Origin: Fusobacteriota bacterium
GTDB taxonomy: Bacteria; Fusobacteriota; Fusobacteriia; Fusobacteriales; JBNJFI01
DNA length: 25,798 nt
Assembly: GCA_051746725.1 (NCBI GenBank)
Contig: JBNJFI010000025.1
Location: forward strand, 1 to 25,798
Direction: 5' to 3'
Each line of letters begins with the position of its first letter. Within the stretch, counting starts at the first letter, position 1. Shown here one piece after another: positions 1 to 10,432 of this stretch. The notes beneath the pieces were generated by a model that searched no databases, was not told where the DNA came from, and was given only the letters and a program-made list of their open reading frames with translations. Made by a program: the position numbers and the translations under genes.

Positions 1-120
1 ATTTCCAAAAAAGTTATTAGTGGGATAGCAAAACTTAACGATAAGATTATAATGTTATTAGACTTAGAGAAATTACTGAGCAAAAAAGATTTAAAAATTG
101 CTGAAAGTAAAACGGTATAA
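1..120 (+). CDS. cheW: Chemotaxis coupling protein CheW, 3' end (partial, runs off window start)
   Basis: Frame 1 translates ISKKVISGIAKLNDKIIMLLDLEKLLSKKDLKIAESKTV*, matching the CheW C-terminal pattern (I.GIAK...II.LLD..KLL); lies directly upstream of an MCP. Could also be the CheW domain of a larger protein. Confidence 0.85.
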   Translation: MSKKVISGIAKLNDKIIMLLDLEKLLSKKDLKIAESKTV

Positions 121-172
121 GTTTCAAATAATTAATTATGAATTAAAATAAAAAATAAAACGGGAGGTAATT

Positions 173-2314
173 ATGTTTAAGAATATGAAATTAGGTAAGA
201 AATTAATAATTGGATTTTTACTAGTGGGGATAATACCATTTTTAGTGGTTAGTCTATTGTCATTAAATGAATCATCAAAAGCTCTTGAAAGTGCAGAAAA
301 AAATAGCTTAGAAGCTATTAGGACAATAAAGAAAAACCAAATAGAAGACTATATAGATACAGTAAGGGAAGAGATGATAATTGTATCGGAATCTGAAAAT
401 GTAATTAATGGGTTTAATGATTTAATAAGATATCATGAAGAAGCTGAGATATCTGCAACTGGGAAATATGATATGAATGTAGAAAACGAAAATTTAACTA
501 AAACTTATGATGAAATATATGAAGAAGTCAATGAATCTTTGAAAATGTTTCCAGAAGAATTTGGACATTATGATATCTTTTTAATCTGTGAGAAACATGG
601 TCATGTTATGTATACATGGGCTAAAGAGGCAGATTTAGGAGAAAATTTAGGATCTGGTCAATATAGAAATACAAATCTAGCACAGGATATATGGAAAGAG
701 GCACGACAAAATGATGAAGTACATGTATCGGATTTTAAACCTTATGCACCTTCTAATGGAGCTCCAGCAATGTTTGCTGGTAGAAGGGTAAAAGATCACA
801 ATGGGGAACCTCTTGGTATTGTAGCAGTGCAATTACCTTTGAGCGAGATAAACGGGATTATGCAGGAAAGAACAGGTATGGGAGAAACAGGAGAGACCTA
901 TTTAGTTGGAGAAGATTATAAAATGAGATCGGATTCTTTTTTGGATCCAGTTAATAGGACTGTAGAAGCTTCATTAAATGGTACAGTCGAAAGAAATGGA
1001 GTGAAAACAAAGGCATCAGAAAGAGCATTACAGGGAATATCGGAAACTCAAGAGATAATAGATTATAATGGAAATCCAGTAATGTCTTCTTATGATATAA
1101 TTGAATTCGAAGATTTTAATTGGGCAATTATAGCGGAAAAAGATATGCCAGAAGTTCTAGAATCAGTAACGGCATTGACATATTTTATAATAATAGTTGG
1201 AGTAATTGGAGTAATCTTAATAGCATTATTTGGAATTGGATTTGCAAAATATATAATTGCTCCAATAACAAAACTTGTTAATGTTATTCAGAAAGGTGTT
1301 GAAGGAGATTTATCAGTAAGATCAGATAATGATTCAGAAGATGAGATAGGAGAATTAGCTACATATTTTAATACATTTATAGATAGAATAGATAATATGA
1401 TTTCTAAAATAAGAGAAGTAACAATGGATATATCAACAGGAACAGAAGATCTAGAAAGTGCATCTTCACAAATTGCAAAAGGTGGTCAAGACTTAGCAGA
1501 AGCAAGTAATCAACAAGCTGCTTCTATACAAGAGACATCTTCTAATTTAGAAGAAACCACTTCACTTATAAATACAACAACAGATAATGTAAAAGAAGCA
1601 TCTAGTTTATCAGATGCGGCAAAACTTGCAGCAGAACAAGGAAACCGACAAATGAAAGATATGTTAGATGCAATGAATGAAATTAAAAAATCCAGTGATG
1701 AGATATCTAAGATAATTAAAACTATAGATGATATAGCATTTCAGACAAATATATTAGCGTTAAATGCCGCAGTAGAAGCAGGAAGAGCAGGAGATGCAGG
1801 ATCAGGATTTGCAGTAGTTGCAGAAGAGGTTAGAAATTTAGCTGCTAGAAGTGCAGAGGCAGCTAAGGATACAACTAAGATGATAGAAGACAGTGTAAAT
1901 AGATCATCTAAGGGAATGGAGATAGCAAAAGAGGTAGATGAATCCTTAGATGAAATACAAAAGAAAAATGAAAATGTAAATGCCATAATGGATGAGATAG
2001 CTATAGCTAGTCAAGAACAAGAACAGGGAATAGAAGAGATAAATACCGCAATAAGTGAATTAGAACAAGCAGTTCAGAGTATTTCTGCTACTTCAGAAGA
2101 AAGTGCGGCATCTTCAGAAGAGTTAAATGCACAATTAGCTAATATGAACGAAATAGTAAAAGATTTAGAAAGGTTAGCTAACGGAGATGATGCCCAAAAT
2201 GATAATAAAAGAAAAACTAGAAAACCTAAAAAAAGAAAGACAAAAAACAAGAAAAATATTAAAGAAGTAGATGAAAATCCAGAGGATGTTATTCCATTGG
2301 GAAAAGATGATTAA
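173..2314 (+). CDS. Methyl-accepting chemotaxis protein (TM, Cache-like sensor, TM, HAMP, MA domain, Lys-rich tail)
   Basis: RBS GGAGGT at 163-168; two TM helices; HAMP (GDLSVR..DEIGELA..FN); hairpin tip [37 protein letters not shown]; sensor motifs [11 protein letters not shown] and [12 protein letters not shown]. Confidence 0.97.
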   Translation: MFKNMKLGKKLIIGFLLVGIIPFLVVSLLSLNESSKALESAEKNSLEAIRTIKKNQIEDYIDTVREEMIIVSESENVINGFNDLIRYHEEAEISATGKYDMNVENENLTKTYDEIYEEVNESLKMFPEEFGHYDIFLICEKHGHVMYTWAKEADLGENLGSGQYRNTNLAQDIWKEARQNDEVHVSDFKPYAPSNGAPAMFAGRRVKDHNGEPLGIVAVQLPLSEINGIMQERTGMGETGETYLVGEDYKMRSDSFLDPVNRTVEASLNGTVERNGVKTKASERALQGISETQEIIDYNGNPVMSSYDIIEFEDFNWAIIAEKDMPEVLESVTALTYFIIIVGVIGVILIALFGIGFAKYIIAPITKLVNVIQKGVEGDLSVRSDNDSEDEIGELATYFNTFIDRIDNMISKIREVTMDISTGTEDLESASSQIAKGGQDLAEASNQQAASIQETSSNLEETTSLINTTTDNVKEASSLSDAAKLAAEQGNRQMKDMLDAMNEIKKSSDEISKIIKTIDDIAFQTNILALNAAVEAGRAGDAGSGFAVVAEEVRNLAARSAEAAKDTTKMIEDSVNRSSKGMEIAKEVDESLDEIQKKNENVNAIMDEIAIASQEQEQGIEEINTAISELEQAVQSISATSEESAASSEELNAQLANMNEIVKDLERLANGDDAQNDNKRKTRKPKKRKTKNKKNIKEVDENPEDVIPLGKDD

Positions 2315-2318
2315 AAAT

Positions 2319-2354
2319 TCAAAAAAGGCTGCTAAATATAGCAGCCTTTTTTGA
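2319..2354. terminator. Intrinsic terminator, potentially bidirectional
   Basis: Perfect 16-bp inverted repeat TCAAAAAAGGCTGCTA-aata-TAGCAGCCTTTTTTGA just after the MCP stop, with A and T tracts. Confidence 0.9.
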
Positions 2355-2432
2355 GATAGGCATATTTTTTATTTTATTTAATTTGAATAAGTTGTATTTA
2401 AAGGCAAAATATAGAAATAAAAGGAGGTTTTT

Positions 2433-4355
2433 ATGGAAAAAAAGATTGGAATAAAAGGGAAAATGTTATTTTTTCTAAATCTTATAGGAATAATAATAAT
2501 ATTTATTTTTGTAAGTTTAGGATACTTTTTTGAGAAAAATCTTCATAATGATTTACTCAGTGAAACAGAAGAAGAAATAAAATTAGAATTGGAGCAGGCA
2601 TTATCTTCTAAAAAGGATGTTTGGATTACAAATGCTTTACAAATAGCGAGTAACCCATTAATTCAAAAATCTGTTTATGACAAAGATAGAGAGAGTTTAA
2701 TTAATTTTCTAGATGGATTATCAGAAAAATTTAAAAATAATACAAATTTTAATAATATAAGTGTTCATATAATAGATAAAGATTTAAAATCATTTGTTAA
2801 ATCTTGGAACAATGAATATGGAGAGGATTTATCATATTCAGAGATTTTTAACGAAGTGAAGAAATCAAAAAAACCAATAACTAGTATAGAAAGATCTGGA
2901 AAAGGATTGAGATTAAAATCTGTAACTCCTTTATTTTATGAAGAAAAATTTATTGGATTAGTAGATTTTGAAGGGGGTCTAAACTCTATAAAAAGAGATT
3001 TAAAAAGCAAGGATATAGAGTTTTTATTCTTTGGGAATATGAATTATCTAGGTTTGAAAAGTAGTGATAAAGATGTTAAATGGGGACCAAATGTTTTAAT
3101 GCAAAAAGATATTAATAATGATTTTTTAAGTGAGACTTTAGAAACTCTAGAAGTAGAGGAGTCATTAGATGAGTTTGTATTAAAAAATAAATATTATTTT
3201 ATATCACAATCAATTGAAAGTATAAAAGGAGAGGATATAGGGGTATATTTATTAGGAAGAGAAAAAAAGTTGGTTGATGAAACTTTTTCGAAAACTTTTA
3301 ATATTTTAAAAAATTTACTGATTATTTTTGTTATAACATTTGTAATACAAATGTTATTGATTTATTTTTTCTTTTCAAGATATATTACAAAGCCAATAGA
3401 TCAACTAATTTCAATTATTAAAAAAGGAGTTAATGGAGATTTATCTGTAAGATCAGATAATAATACAGAAGATGAGATTGGTGAATTATCTTCATATTTC
3501 AATATTTTTATTGAACGAATAGATAAAATGATATTAAAAATAAGAAATGTAGTTATGGATATTTCAACAGGAATTGAAGATTTAGAAAATGCTTCTGCTC
3601 AAGTGGCAGAAGGAGGAGAAGATCTAGCAGAAGCAAGCAATGAACAGGCTGCTTCTATTCAAGAAACTTCATCAAATTTAGAAGAAACCACATCAATAAT
3701 AAATACAAATAAAGACAATGTAAAAGAAGCCGCTAAATTATCTGGTTCGGCAAAAAATGCCGCTAAAGAAGGAAATAAAGAGATGGAAAAGATGTTGGTA
3801 GCCATGAAAGAAATAAGAGAATCAAGCGATGAGATATCTAAGATAATAAAGACAATAGATGATATAGCATTTCAAACAAATATTTTGGCATTAAATGCAG
3901 CAGTAGAAGCAGGTAGAGCCGGTGATGCAGGATCAGGATTTGCAGTAGTGGCTGAAGAAGTAAGAAATTTAGCAGCTAGAAGTGCAGAAGCAGCTAAAGA
4001 TACTACTGAAATGATCGAAGATAGTGTTGATAGGTCTTCTCGTGGAATGAAAATTGCAAAAAATGTAGATAGAGCCTTGGATGAAATACAAGAAAAAAAT
4101 GAAAATGTAAATAATATAATGGATGAAATATCTATAGCCAGTGAAGAACAAGCAAATGGAATCGAAGAGATAAATACTGCAATTTCAGAACTAGAAAAGG
4201 CAATTCAGAGTATATCGGCTACTTCTCAGGAAAGTGCGGCATCTTCAGAAGAGTTAAATGCCCAGTTAGAGAATATGAATCAAATAGTAAAAGAATTAGA
4301 AGATTTAGCAAATGGTAACGAGAATAAAGAGATAACAGAGAAAATAAAAATATGA
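2433..4355 (+). CDS. Methyl-accepting chemotaxis protein (TM, Cache-like sensor, TM, HAMP, MA domain)
   Basis: RBS AAGGAGG at 2421-2427; same HAMP and signalling motifs as the upstream MCP, but a dissimilar periplasmic domain. Confidence 0.97.
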   Translation: MEKKIGIKGKMLFFLNLIGIIIIFIFVSLGYFFEKNLHNDLLSETEEEIKLELEQALSSKKDVWITNALQIASNPLIQKSVYDKDRESLINFLDGLSEKFKNNTNFNNISVHIIDKDLKSFVKSWNNEYGEDLSYSEIFNEVKKSKKPITSIERSGKGLRLKSVTPLFYEEKFIGLVDFEGGLNSIKRDLKSKDIEFLFFGNMNYLGLKSSDKDVKWGPNVLMQKDINNDFLSETLETLEVEESLDEFVLKNKYYFISQSIESIKGEDIGVYLLGREKKLVDETFSKTFNILKNLLIIFVITFVIQMLLIYFFFSRYITKPIDQLISIIKKGVNGDLSVRSDNNTEDEIGELSSYFNIFIERIDKMILKIRNVVMDISTGIEDLENASAQVAEGGEDLAEASNEQAASIQETSSNLEETTSIINTNKDNVKEAAKLSGSAKNAAKEGNKEMEKMLVAMKEIRESSDEISKIIKTIDDIAFQTNILALNAAVEAGRAGDAGSGFAVVAEEVRNLAARSAEAAKDTTEMIEDSVDRSSRGMKIAKNVDRALDEIQEKNENVNNIMDEISIASEEQANGIEEINTAISELEKAIQSISATSQESAASSEELNAQLENMNQIVKELEDLANGNENKEITEKIKI

Positions 4356-4368
4356 TTAGTTATTACAA

Positions 4369-4403
4369 TCAAAAAAGGTTGTTAGATTAACAACCTTTTT
4401 TGA
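4369..4403. terminator. Intrinsic terminator, potentially bidirectional
   Basis: Perfect 16-bp inverted repeat TCAAAAAAGGTTGTTA-gat-TAACAACCTTTTTTGA after the second MCP stop. Confidence 0.9.
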
Positions 4404-4519
4404 AATATATATACCCAAAAATTATATAACCATGAAATTATTTTAAAAATAAAACAATTATTAAAAAGGAAAAAAGTAGTTATTTAGTATATATAAATAT
4501 GAAGAGAGGAGGAAATAAT

Positions 4520-7351
4520 ATGAAAAAAACAATACTAATTATATTTATTGCAATAAGTTTATTTTTAAATGGAAATGTTATAAAGAAAAATGAAACTTTA
4601 AAAGTCGGATTTATTAAGGGATTTAGTCCATATTATGTAATAAATGAAAAAGGAGAATATGATGGCTTTGCAATTGAAGTAATAAGAGAAATATTAGGTA
4701 ATGATTATGAGTTAGAAATAATAGGAGTTGGTGGATGGAAAGAAGGGCATGAAAAATTAAGAAAAGGTGAAATAGATTTAATTCCTAATATGGGAATAAC
4801 AGAAGAAAGAAGTCAAGATTATATTTTTTCTGTGCCTTATGAAGATTTTAATGTTAATATTTTTGTAAACAACTCTAGGAGATATCGAAAAATAAAATCA
4901 ATAGATGATATTAAAAATAATGATACTCATAAAGTAGGAGTGGTAAAATTAAATGTCGGGGAAGATATAGTAGAGAAATTCAAATTATCTAATATTGAAG
5001 TTTTTGAAAACTATTCCAACATGTTATTAAAATTTATAGAAAAAGAGATTCCAATTATAATATATCCCGAAAATGTAATTTCTAAAGACCTTAATAATTT
5101 GGGAGTACTAAATGATTTTAGAAAAATAAATCCTCCTGTAGAAGTAATTCCAAGGGCAATTGGAGTAAATAAGGATAATAAACACTTATTATTAGATATA
5201 AATCGCAAACTTAATAATTTCATAGGATCTGAAAAATATAATGAAATTTATTCTAACTGGTTTTTTTCTGAATTAATAGATACTAGACTTTCTATAGAAG
5301 CAAAGATAGTATTTGTAGTTTTAATTGGATTGATTATTACTAGTATAATATTTATAATATTGCTAAAAAGATTGGTAGATAAGAAAACAAAAAAATTAAG
5401 GAAAAGTGAAGATGCTTTAAAAAATCAAAATATGCGCCTGGAAAATGAGGTTATTAAAAGAACAGAAGAATTGAAAAAAAGTAGAGATTATATAAAAAAT
5501 TTAATTGATACAGCTAAGGTTATAATATTAAATATAGATAAAGATGGGAATATAATTAATTTTAATAGGCATTTTGAAAGATTATCTGGATATAAATTAG
5601 CAGAATTAAAAGGCAAGAACTGGTTTAGACTATTTATGAAAGATGATAATATAAAGAATATTCAAAAAAGGTTATCTAAAATCAAAAAAGAAGGCGGACC
5701 GGATAGAGAAGCTAAGATAACTTTGAAAAATGGAGAAAAGCGAATTATTCAGTGGTATAACAGTAAAATTTATAACGAATTTAGAAAAGAAGAAGAGATT
5801 TTAGCAGTTGGTATTGATATAACAAAAAGAAAAAAAATAGAAAAATCATTGAAAGAAAGTGAAAGTAGATTTAAAGCTCTACATAATGCCTCATTTGGAG
5901 GGATAACAATTCATGATAAAGGAAAAATATTAGATTGCAATAAAGGTCTATCAGATTTAACAGGATATACAGTAAAAGAGTTAATTGGTATGGACGGATT
6001 ACTTTTAATAGCTAAGGAATCTCGAGATTTAGTTATGGATAAGATAATGTCTGGATATGAAAAACCATATGAAGCTGTTGGAGTTAGGAAAAATGGACAA
6101 GAGTATCCTCTTAGGTTGGAGGCTAGAAATATTCCTTACAAAGGAAAAGAAGTTAGAGTAGTAGAGTTTAGAGATATAACAAAACGAGTAAAAGACAAAA
6201 AAGAATTAATAGTAGCTAAAGTAAAGGCTGAAAAAGCTAACCAAGCTAAAAGTGATTTTTTGGCAAATATGAGTCATGAATTAAGAACTCCGTTGAATGC
6301 TATACTTGGATTTTCCAGTATATTAAAAGAGATGGAAGAAGATGAAGAAAAAAAAGATATGGCTAGTTTAATAGAAGAATCTGGAGACCACCTTCTACGG
6401 TTAATAAATGATATTTTAAATCTATCAAAAATTGAAGCTGGTCAAATAAAAGTTAATTTAGAAAACTTTAAACTAGAAGACGTGATAGACAATTTGCAAA
6501 AAAGTATTCAAGGAATAATGGATAGAAAACATGAGGATTTGAATTTTAATATTATAAAAGAAAATAAGATACCTGAATATATAAAAACAGATAAGCTAAA
6601 ATTAAAACAGATATTAATGAATTTATTATCCAATGCAGAAAAATTTACAGAAGAAGGAAAAGTTGAGTTAAAAATAAAATATTTAGAAAATGAAAAACTA
6701 AGATTTCAAGTTATAGATACCGGTGTTGGGATATCTGAAAAAGATCAAAGTAGAATTTTTAAAGAATTTATTCAAGGCGAACACTATATGACAAAAATGC
6801 ATGAGGGAACAGGACTGGGATTGGCAATAAATCTAAAATTAATTAATTTATTAGGTGGACATATTGAACTTAAGAGTGCTAAAGGAGAAGGATCAAACTT
6901 TACTGTTATTATTCCAATTGAAGTTTTATCATCCGATGATGTAAATGAGGATAATAAGGATAATAACAAGTATAATAAATTTGTTGAAGACAAAAAAGTT
7001 ATAATTGCGGAAGATGATATAATAAATCAAAAATTAATAAAGCGACTTTGTGCTAATCGAGGATTAAAAGTAGATGGAGCAGATAATGGAATAGAACTTT
7101 TAAAAAAAGTTAAACAAAAAAATTATGATTTAATCTTAATGGATGTACAAATGCCAGAAATGGATGGTGTCACAGCAACAAAAAAGATACGTGAAAAAGG
7201 ATCAAATGTTCCCATTGTTGCTATAACTGCATTTGCCAAAAAAGAGGACAAAGAGTTTTTCTTGAAAATTGGAATGGATGATTATATTTCAAAACCAATA
7301 GATAAAGATAAGTTTAATGAAATGTTAGATAAATATTTGATTTCTGATTAA
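4520..7351 (+). CDS. Hybrid sensor histidine kinase/response regulator (SBP family 3 sensor, TM, PAS, PAS, HisKA, HATPase, REC)
   Basis: Start moved to ATG 4520 (RBS AGGAGG at 4507-4512). N-terminal signal-like segment; SBP_bac_3-like region (PYYV..GEYDGFAIE); H-box FLANMSHELRTPLNAI; N-box NLLSNAEKFT; G1 DTGVGI; G2 GTGLGL; receiver AEDD..LMDVQMPEMDG..KP. No Hpt domain seen. Confidence 0.95.
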   Translation: MKKTILIIFIAISLFLNGNVIKKNETLKVGFIKGFSPYYVINEKGEYDGFAIEVIREILGNDYELEIIGVGGWKEGHEKLRKGEIDLIPNMGITEERSQDYIFSVPYEDFNVNIFVNNSRRYRKIKSIDDIKNNDTHKVGVVKLNVGEDIVEKFKLSNIEVFENYSNMLLKFIEKEIPIIIYPENVISKDLNNLGVLNDFRKINPPVEVIPRAIGVNKDNKHLLLDINRKLNNFIGSEKYNEIYSNWFFSELIDTRLSIEAKIVFVVLIGLIITSIIFIILLKRLVDKKTKKLRKSEDALKNQNMRLENEVIKRTEELKKSRDYIKNLIDTAKVIILNIDKDGNIINFNRHFERLSGYKLAELKGKNWFRLFMKDDNIKNIQKRLSKIKKEGGPDREAKITLKNGEKRIIQWYNSKIYNEFRKEEEILAVGIDITKRKKIEKSLKESESRFKALHNASFGGITIHDKGKILDCNKGLSDLTGYTVKELIGMDGLLLIAKESRDLVMDKIMSGYEKPYEAVGVRKNGQEYPLRLEARNIPYKGKEVRVVEFRDITKRVKDKKELIVAKVKAEKANQAKSDFLANMSHELRTPLNAILGFSSILKEMEEDEEKKDMASLIEESGDHLLRLINDILNLSKIEAGQIKVNLENFKLEDVIDNLQKSIQGIMDRKHEDLNFNIIKENKIPEYIKTDKLKLKQILMNLLSNAEKFTEEGKVELKIKYLENEKLRFQVIDTGVGISEKDQSRIFKEFIQGEHYMTKMHEGTGLGLAINLKLINLLGGHIELKSAKGEGSNFTVIIPIEVLSSDDVNEDNKDNNKYNKFVEDKKVIIAEDDIINQKLIKRLCANRGLKVDGADNGIELLKKVKQKNYDLILMDVQMPEMDGVTATKKIREKGSNVPIVAITAFAKKEDKEFFLKIGMDDYISKPIDKDKFNEMLDKYLISD

Positions 7352-7372
7352 ATTCCATTAAATAATATAAAA

Positions 7373-7570
7373 GGTCGAATTTCAGATTTATTAGAAAAAT
7401 TCTTCGTGATAAAATCTTACGCCCCCCACCTCAGTCCTCCCCCTAGCAGGGGAGGAAGTCAAGAAGTCTCCCCCTGCGAGGGAGAAGATTTAGAGGGGGG
7501 CATAAACCAGGAAGCTTTCTTATCTTCAGAAAAACAAAAAATTCTGAAAATACCTTTTTGTGGTTGAACC
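7373..7570. mobile_element. Possible degenerate MITE-like insertion enclosing a REP-like doublet
   Basis: Segment starts GGT and ends ACC, flanked by the 11-bp direct repeat ATAATATAAAA (7362-7372, 7571-7581). An imperfect inverted repeat (AAAAGGT..TTTCAGA 7369-7386 / TCTGAAA..ACCTTTT 7543-7558) also surrounds the core. End similarity is weak. Confidence 0.35.
7421..7501. repeat. GC-rich REP/REPIN-like inverted doublet, copy 1
   Basis: 81 bp, 52 G+C (64%), in very AT-rich DNA. Ends GCCCCCC...GGGGGGC; arms contain near-palindromes CTCCCCCTAGCAGGGGAG and CTCCCCCTGCGAGGGAG. Shares AGATTTAGAGGGGGGCA (7486-7502) exactly with 21749-21765. Confidence 0.85.
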
Positions 7571-7636
7571 ATAATATAAAAATTTCAAATAAAATGTGCA
7601 ATTTTTGATGATATTTGATAAAATGTGAATATAGAG

Positions 7637-7720
7637 TTAGTTGCTATGTATTATATAAAATTTCATATAATGCATAGCCTAATTTAAAAATGGAATAGGG
7701 CAGATATAAAATTTGCCTTG
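7637..7720 (+). promoter_or_regulatory. Two tandem stem-loops in the putative 5' leader of the CheA-like kinase gene
   Basis: 14-bp stem GCTATGTATTATAT/ATATAATGCATAGC (7643-7678, one G-U pair) and 9-bp stem AGGGCAGAT/ATTTGCCTT (7697-7719, two G-U pairs), downstream of an extended -10-like TGATAAAAT (7616-7624). Confidence 0.4.
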
Positions 7721-7777
7721 AATTTCTTTAAGTATATGAGTTGATAAGGAAAAGGAAATTCAATGGAAAGGAGATAT

Positions 7778-10411
7778 ATGAAAAAATTAAGTTTTAAAAA
7801 CATTATATTATTAACAATTATAGTAATTTATATAAGTTCCAGTGGAATTATATTTTATAATTTTAACTCTGTATATACTAAAAATTTAAAAGAAAACTTT
7901 TTAAACGAAAATAAATATTCACGAGATGTAATTTATGATCTTGTATTAGAAGAATTAGGAGATATGTCTTTGAAAGCTAGAGAAATAGGGGATAACGATA
8001 TATTGAGGCATGCCATGTATCACAACCAATATATTACATTTGATTATAGATCAAAGGAAAATCCTGTTGGAATAAACAAGATGAATAAATTATCATACAT
8101 ACAAATGACTACTAGATTAAAATCCATGTTTTTTGGATGGGGAGAAGGTCCAAAGGCAAGGGAAATGGAATTATTTGACAAAAAAGGGAATTTTATAGCA
8201 GGAACTGGTCCCTTGGATAATAGAAGTAAGAATAAACCTTATTTAGATTTGGTTTTAACAGATGGAGATAACGAATATGGAACTGAACTAGGTATAATCG
8301 AAGAATATAAGCCAGGAGAGTTTGTATTAAAGGGGATTTCAAGTATACATAGAGCTAGACGAATGGGAGCTGTAGTTATAAGAAGAAATATGAATCTTCA
8401 ATTTTTACATTCATTGAAATCTACAGTAAATAGAGAGTTGGTATTAGTTAAAGATGAAAAGATTTTAAATCAAACTTTTTTGTTTGACGATGAAGAAAAC
8501 GAACATTATTTAGATTATAATCCAGAAGATGACATATATATATTAGATATACGAGATAAAACCTTAGGATTTCATCTATTTCCTCTCAAGGATTATAAAG
8601 GAGATGTTATAGGACAAATTGGAGTTGGATTTGATTATGGAATTTTTAATGAGGTTTATCATGAAAATTTAGATAAATTTATAAGATATTCAGTGTTATT
8701 TTTAATTACTATGATATTTATAATTTATATTAATTTGAATTTGATTTTTTCCCCTGTGGATAAAGTACTTAAAGCAATTCAAGAAATTGAATCAGGGAAT
8801 TATGATTACAGAATCGACCTAAAGTTACGAAAAGAATTGGGTAAAATAGCCCATGCGTTAAATGGATTATCATGGAATATTCAAAAAAGAGAAAAAGAAT
8901 TAAAAAATTTAAATCAAAATTTAGAGCAAAAAGTATTAGATAGAACTAAAGAATTAGAGAAAACTACTAAATCTGTAAAAACATTATTGGATAATGCTGG
9001 ACAGGGTTTTTTGTCTTTTAGTCAAGATCTAATAATACAAGGAGAATACAGTAGGGAATGCATAAATATATTTGAAAAGAATATAAATGAAAAAAAGATA
9101 AGCGATCTTATTTATCCAAAAGATAAAGAAAAACAAACCTTTTTTGAATCTACAATAACAGAAGTATTCAATGAAAAGGGAAGAAAAAGAAGAGTGTATA
9201 TGTCTTTACTACCCAATGAAATCAAAATAAACAAAAAGGATGTTACAATAAATTATAAATATATATCTTCTGAAGATAAGAAAAATGATTCTATTATGTT
9301 AATTTTAACAGATGTAACAGAAAAAAGAAATTTAGAAAAAAAGATAAATATCGAAAAAAATCGATTAGAGATGATAGTAAAATCTTTGAAAAATCATGAT
9401 TATTTAGTTGATTTTACTAGACGGTATAAGGCTTTTGTTACTGATGAGGTATTTGCAATATTAAGCAGCAACTTAAATTTAAAAGAATCGATTTCAGAAA
9501 TATTTTTAGCTATACATACATTTAAAGCAAATTTTGGTCAATTATCCATGGTTAATTCAGCTAAGTCTCTACATGATTTTGAAGGAAAATTAATAAAAAT
9601 AAAAGATAATTTTAATAAGTATAATAAAGATGATATTACAAAATTATTTGTTTCAGAAGATCCACTATCGTATATTCAAGAAGATTTACATGTAATTGAA
9701 GATACATTGGGAGGAAACTTTCTAGATGAAGAACCTCATGTTTCTATCAAAAGATCGAAAATAAAAGAGATCGAAAAGATATTAGAAGGAATAGCCACTT
9801 TTGAGAAAAAAGATAATATTATCAAAAAAGTTAGAAGATTACGATATAGTTCAGTCAAAAAAGAGTTACAAAAATATATTGACTTAGTACGTAATTTATC
9901 GAGTCAACAGGGTAAGATAATAGATTTTACTGAAATTAAAGGGAAAAATATTTTAGTTAATCCAGATATATACCAAGACTTTTTCAAATCTTTAATTCAT
10001 TTGTTTAGAAATATAGTAGATCATGGTATAGAAAAACCAGAAGAGAGATTGTTAAATGACAAAAAAGAGATCGGTAATATAAACTGTTATGTTAAAACTA
10101 CTAAAAATCATATTGAATTTATAATTGAAGATGATGGATCAGGATTAGACTTAAAAAAGATAAAAAAAATAGCACTTAAGAAGGGCATATATAAAAAATC
10201 GGAAATTAATTCTGTTTCAGATACAGAATTAAAATATTTAATATTTAATGAGGACTTTTCTACAAAGGATAAAATATCCGAAGTTTCAGGTCGTGGAGTG
10301 GGAATGTCGTCGGTTAAAAAGGAAATAGAAAAATTAGATGGAAGAATCTTTGTTCAGTCAGAAGAAGGTAAAGGAACAAGATTTATAATTTTTATAAAAA
10401 AGAGTGATTAA
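7778..10411 (+). CDS. Membrane-bound CheA-like histidine kinase (TM, sensor, TM, HAMP, PAS-like, Hpt, CheA-type HATPase; no CheW domain)
   Basis: Start moved to ATG 7778 (RBS AAGGAG at 7768-7773). Two TMs and HAMP; Hpt motif IFLAIHTFKANFG..LHDFEG; CheA-type catalytic motifs HLFRNIVDHGIE, DDGSGLD, FSTKD.ISEVSGRGVGM; protein ends right after GKGTRFII. Confidence 0.88.
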   Translation: MKKLSFKNIILLTIIVIYISSSGIIFYNFNSVYTKNLKENFLNENKYSRDVIYDLVLEELGDMSLKAREIGDNDILRHAMYHNQYITFDYRSKENPVGINKMNKLSYIQMTTRLKSMFFGWGEGPKAREMELFDKKGNFIAGTGPLDNRSKNKPYLDLVLTDGDNEYGTELGIIEEYKPGEFVLKGISSIHRARRMGAVVIRRNMNLQFLHSLKSTVNRELVLVKDEKILNQTFLFDDEENEHYLDYNPEDDIYILDIRDKTLGFHLFPLKDYKGDVIGQIGVGFDYGIFNEVYHENLDKFIRYSVLFLITMIFIIYINLNLIFSPVDKVLKAIQEIESGNYDYRIDLKLRKELGKIAHALNGLSWNIQKREKELKNLNQNLEQKVLDRTKELEKTTKSVKTLLDNAGQGFLSFSQDLIIQGEYSRECINIFEKNINEKKISDLIYPKDKEKQTFFESTITEVFNEKGRKRRVYMSLLPNEIKINKKDVTINYKYISSEDKKNDSIMLILTDVTEKRNLEKKINIEKNRLEMIVKSLKNHDYLVDFTRRYKAFVTDEVFAILSSNLNLKESISEIFLAIHTFKANFGQLSMVNSAKSLHDFEGKLIKIKDNFNKYNKDDITKLFVSEDPLSYIQEDLHVIEDTLGGNFLDEEPHVSIKRSKIKEIEKILEGIATFEKKDNIIKKVRRLRYSSVKKELQKYIDLVRNLSSQQGKIIDFTEIKGKNILVNPDIYQDFFKSLIHLFRNIVDHGIEKPEERLLNDKKEIGNINCYVKTTKNHIEFIIEDDGSGLDLKKIKKIALKKGIYKKSEINSVSDTELKYLIFNEDFSTKDKISEVSGRGVGMSSVKKEIEKLDGRIFVQSEEGKGTRFIIFIKKSD

Positions 10412-10432
10412 GATTTGGAAAGGAGAATAAAA

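Noticed and set aside
7449..7500. G-quadruplex from the G-runs in the REP-like repeats
   Set aside because: Too few closely spaced G3+ tracts, and complementary C-runs on the same strand favour hairpins.
7690..7730. c-di-GMP-I riboswitch upstream of the CheA-like kinase
   Set aside because: The context fits, but the GAAA tetraloop/receptor and GCAAA junction consensus are missing.
8755..8763. Perfect DnaA box on the minus strand (TGTGGATAA)
   Set aside because: Isolated and inside a coding region (Pro-Val-Asp-Lys codons); consistent with chance.
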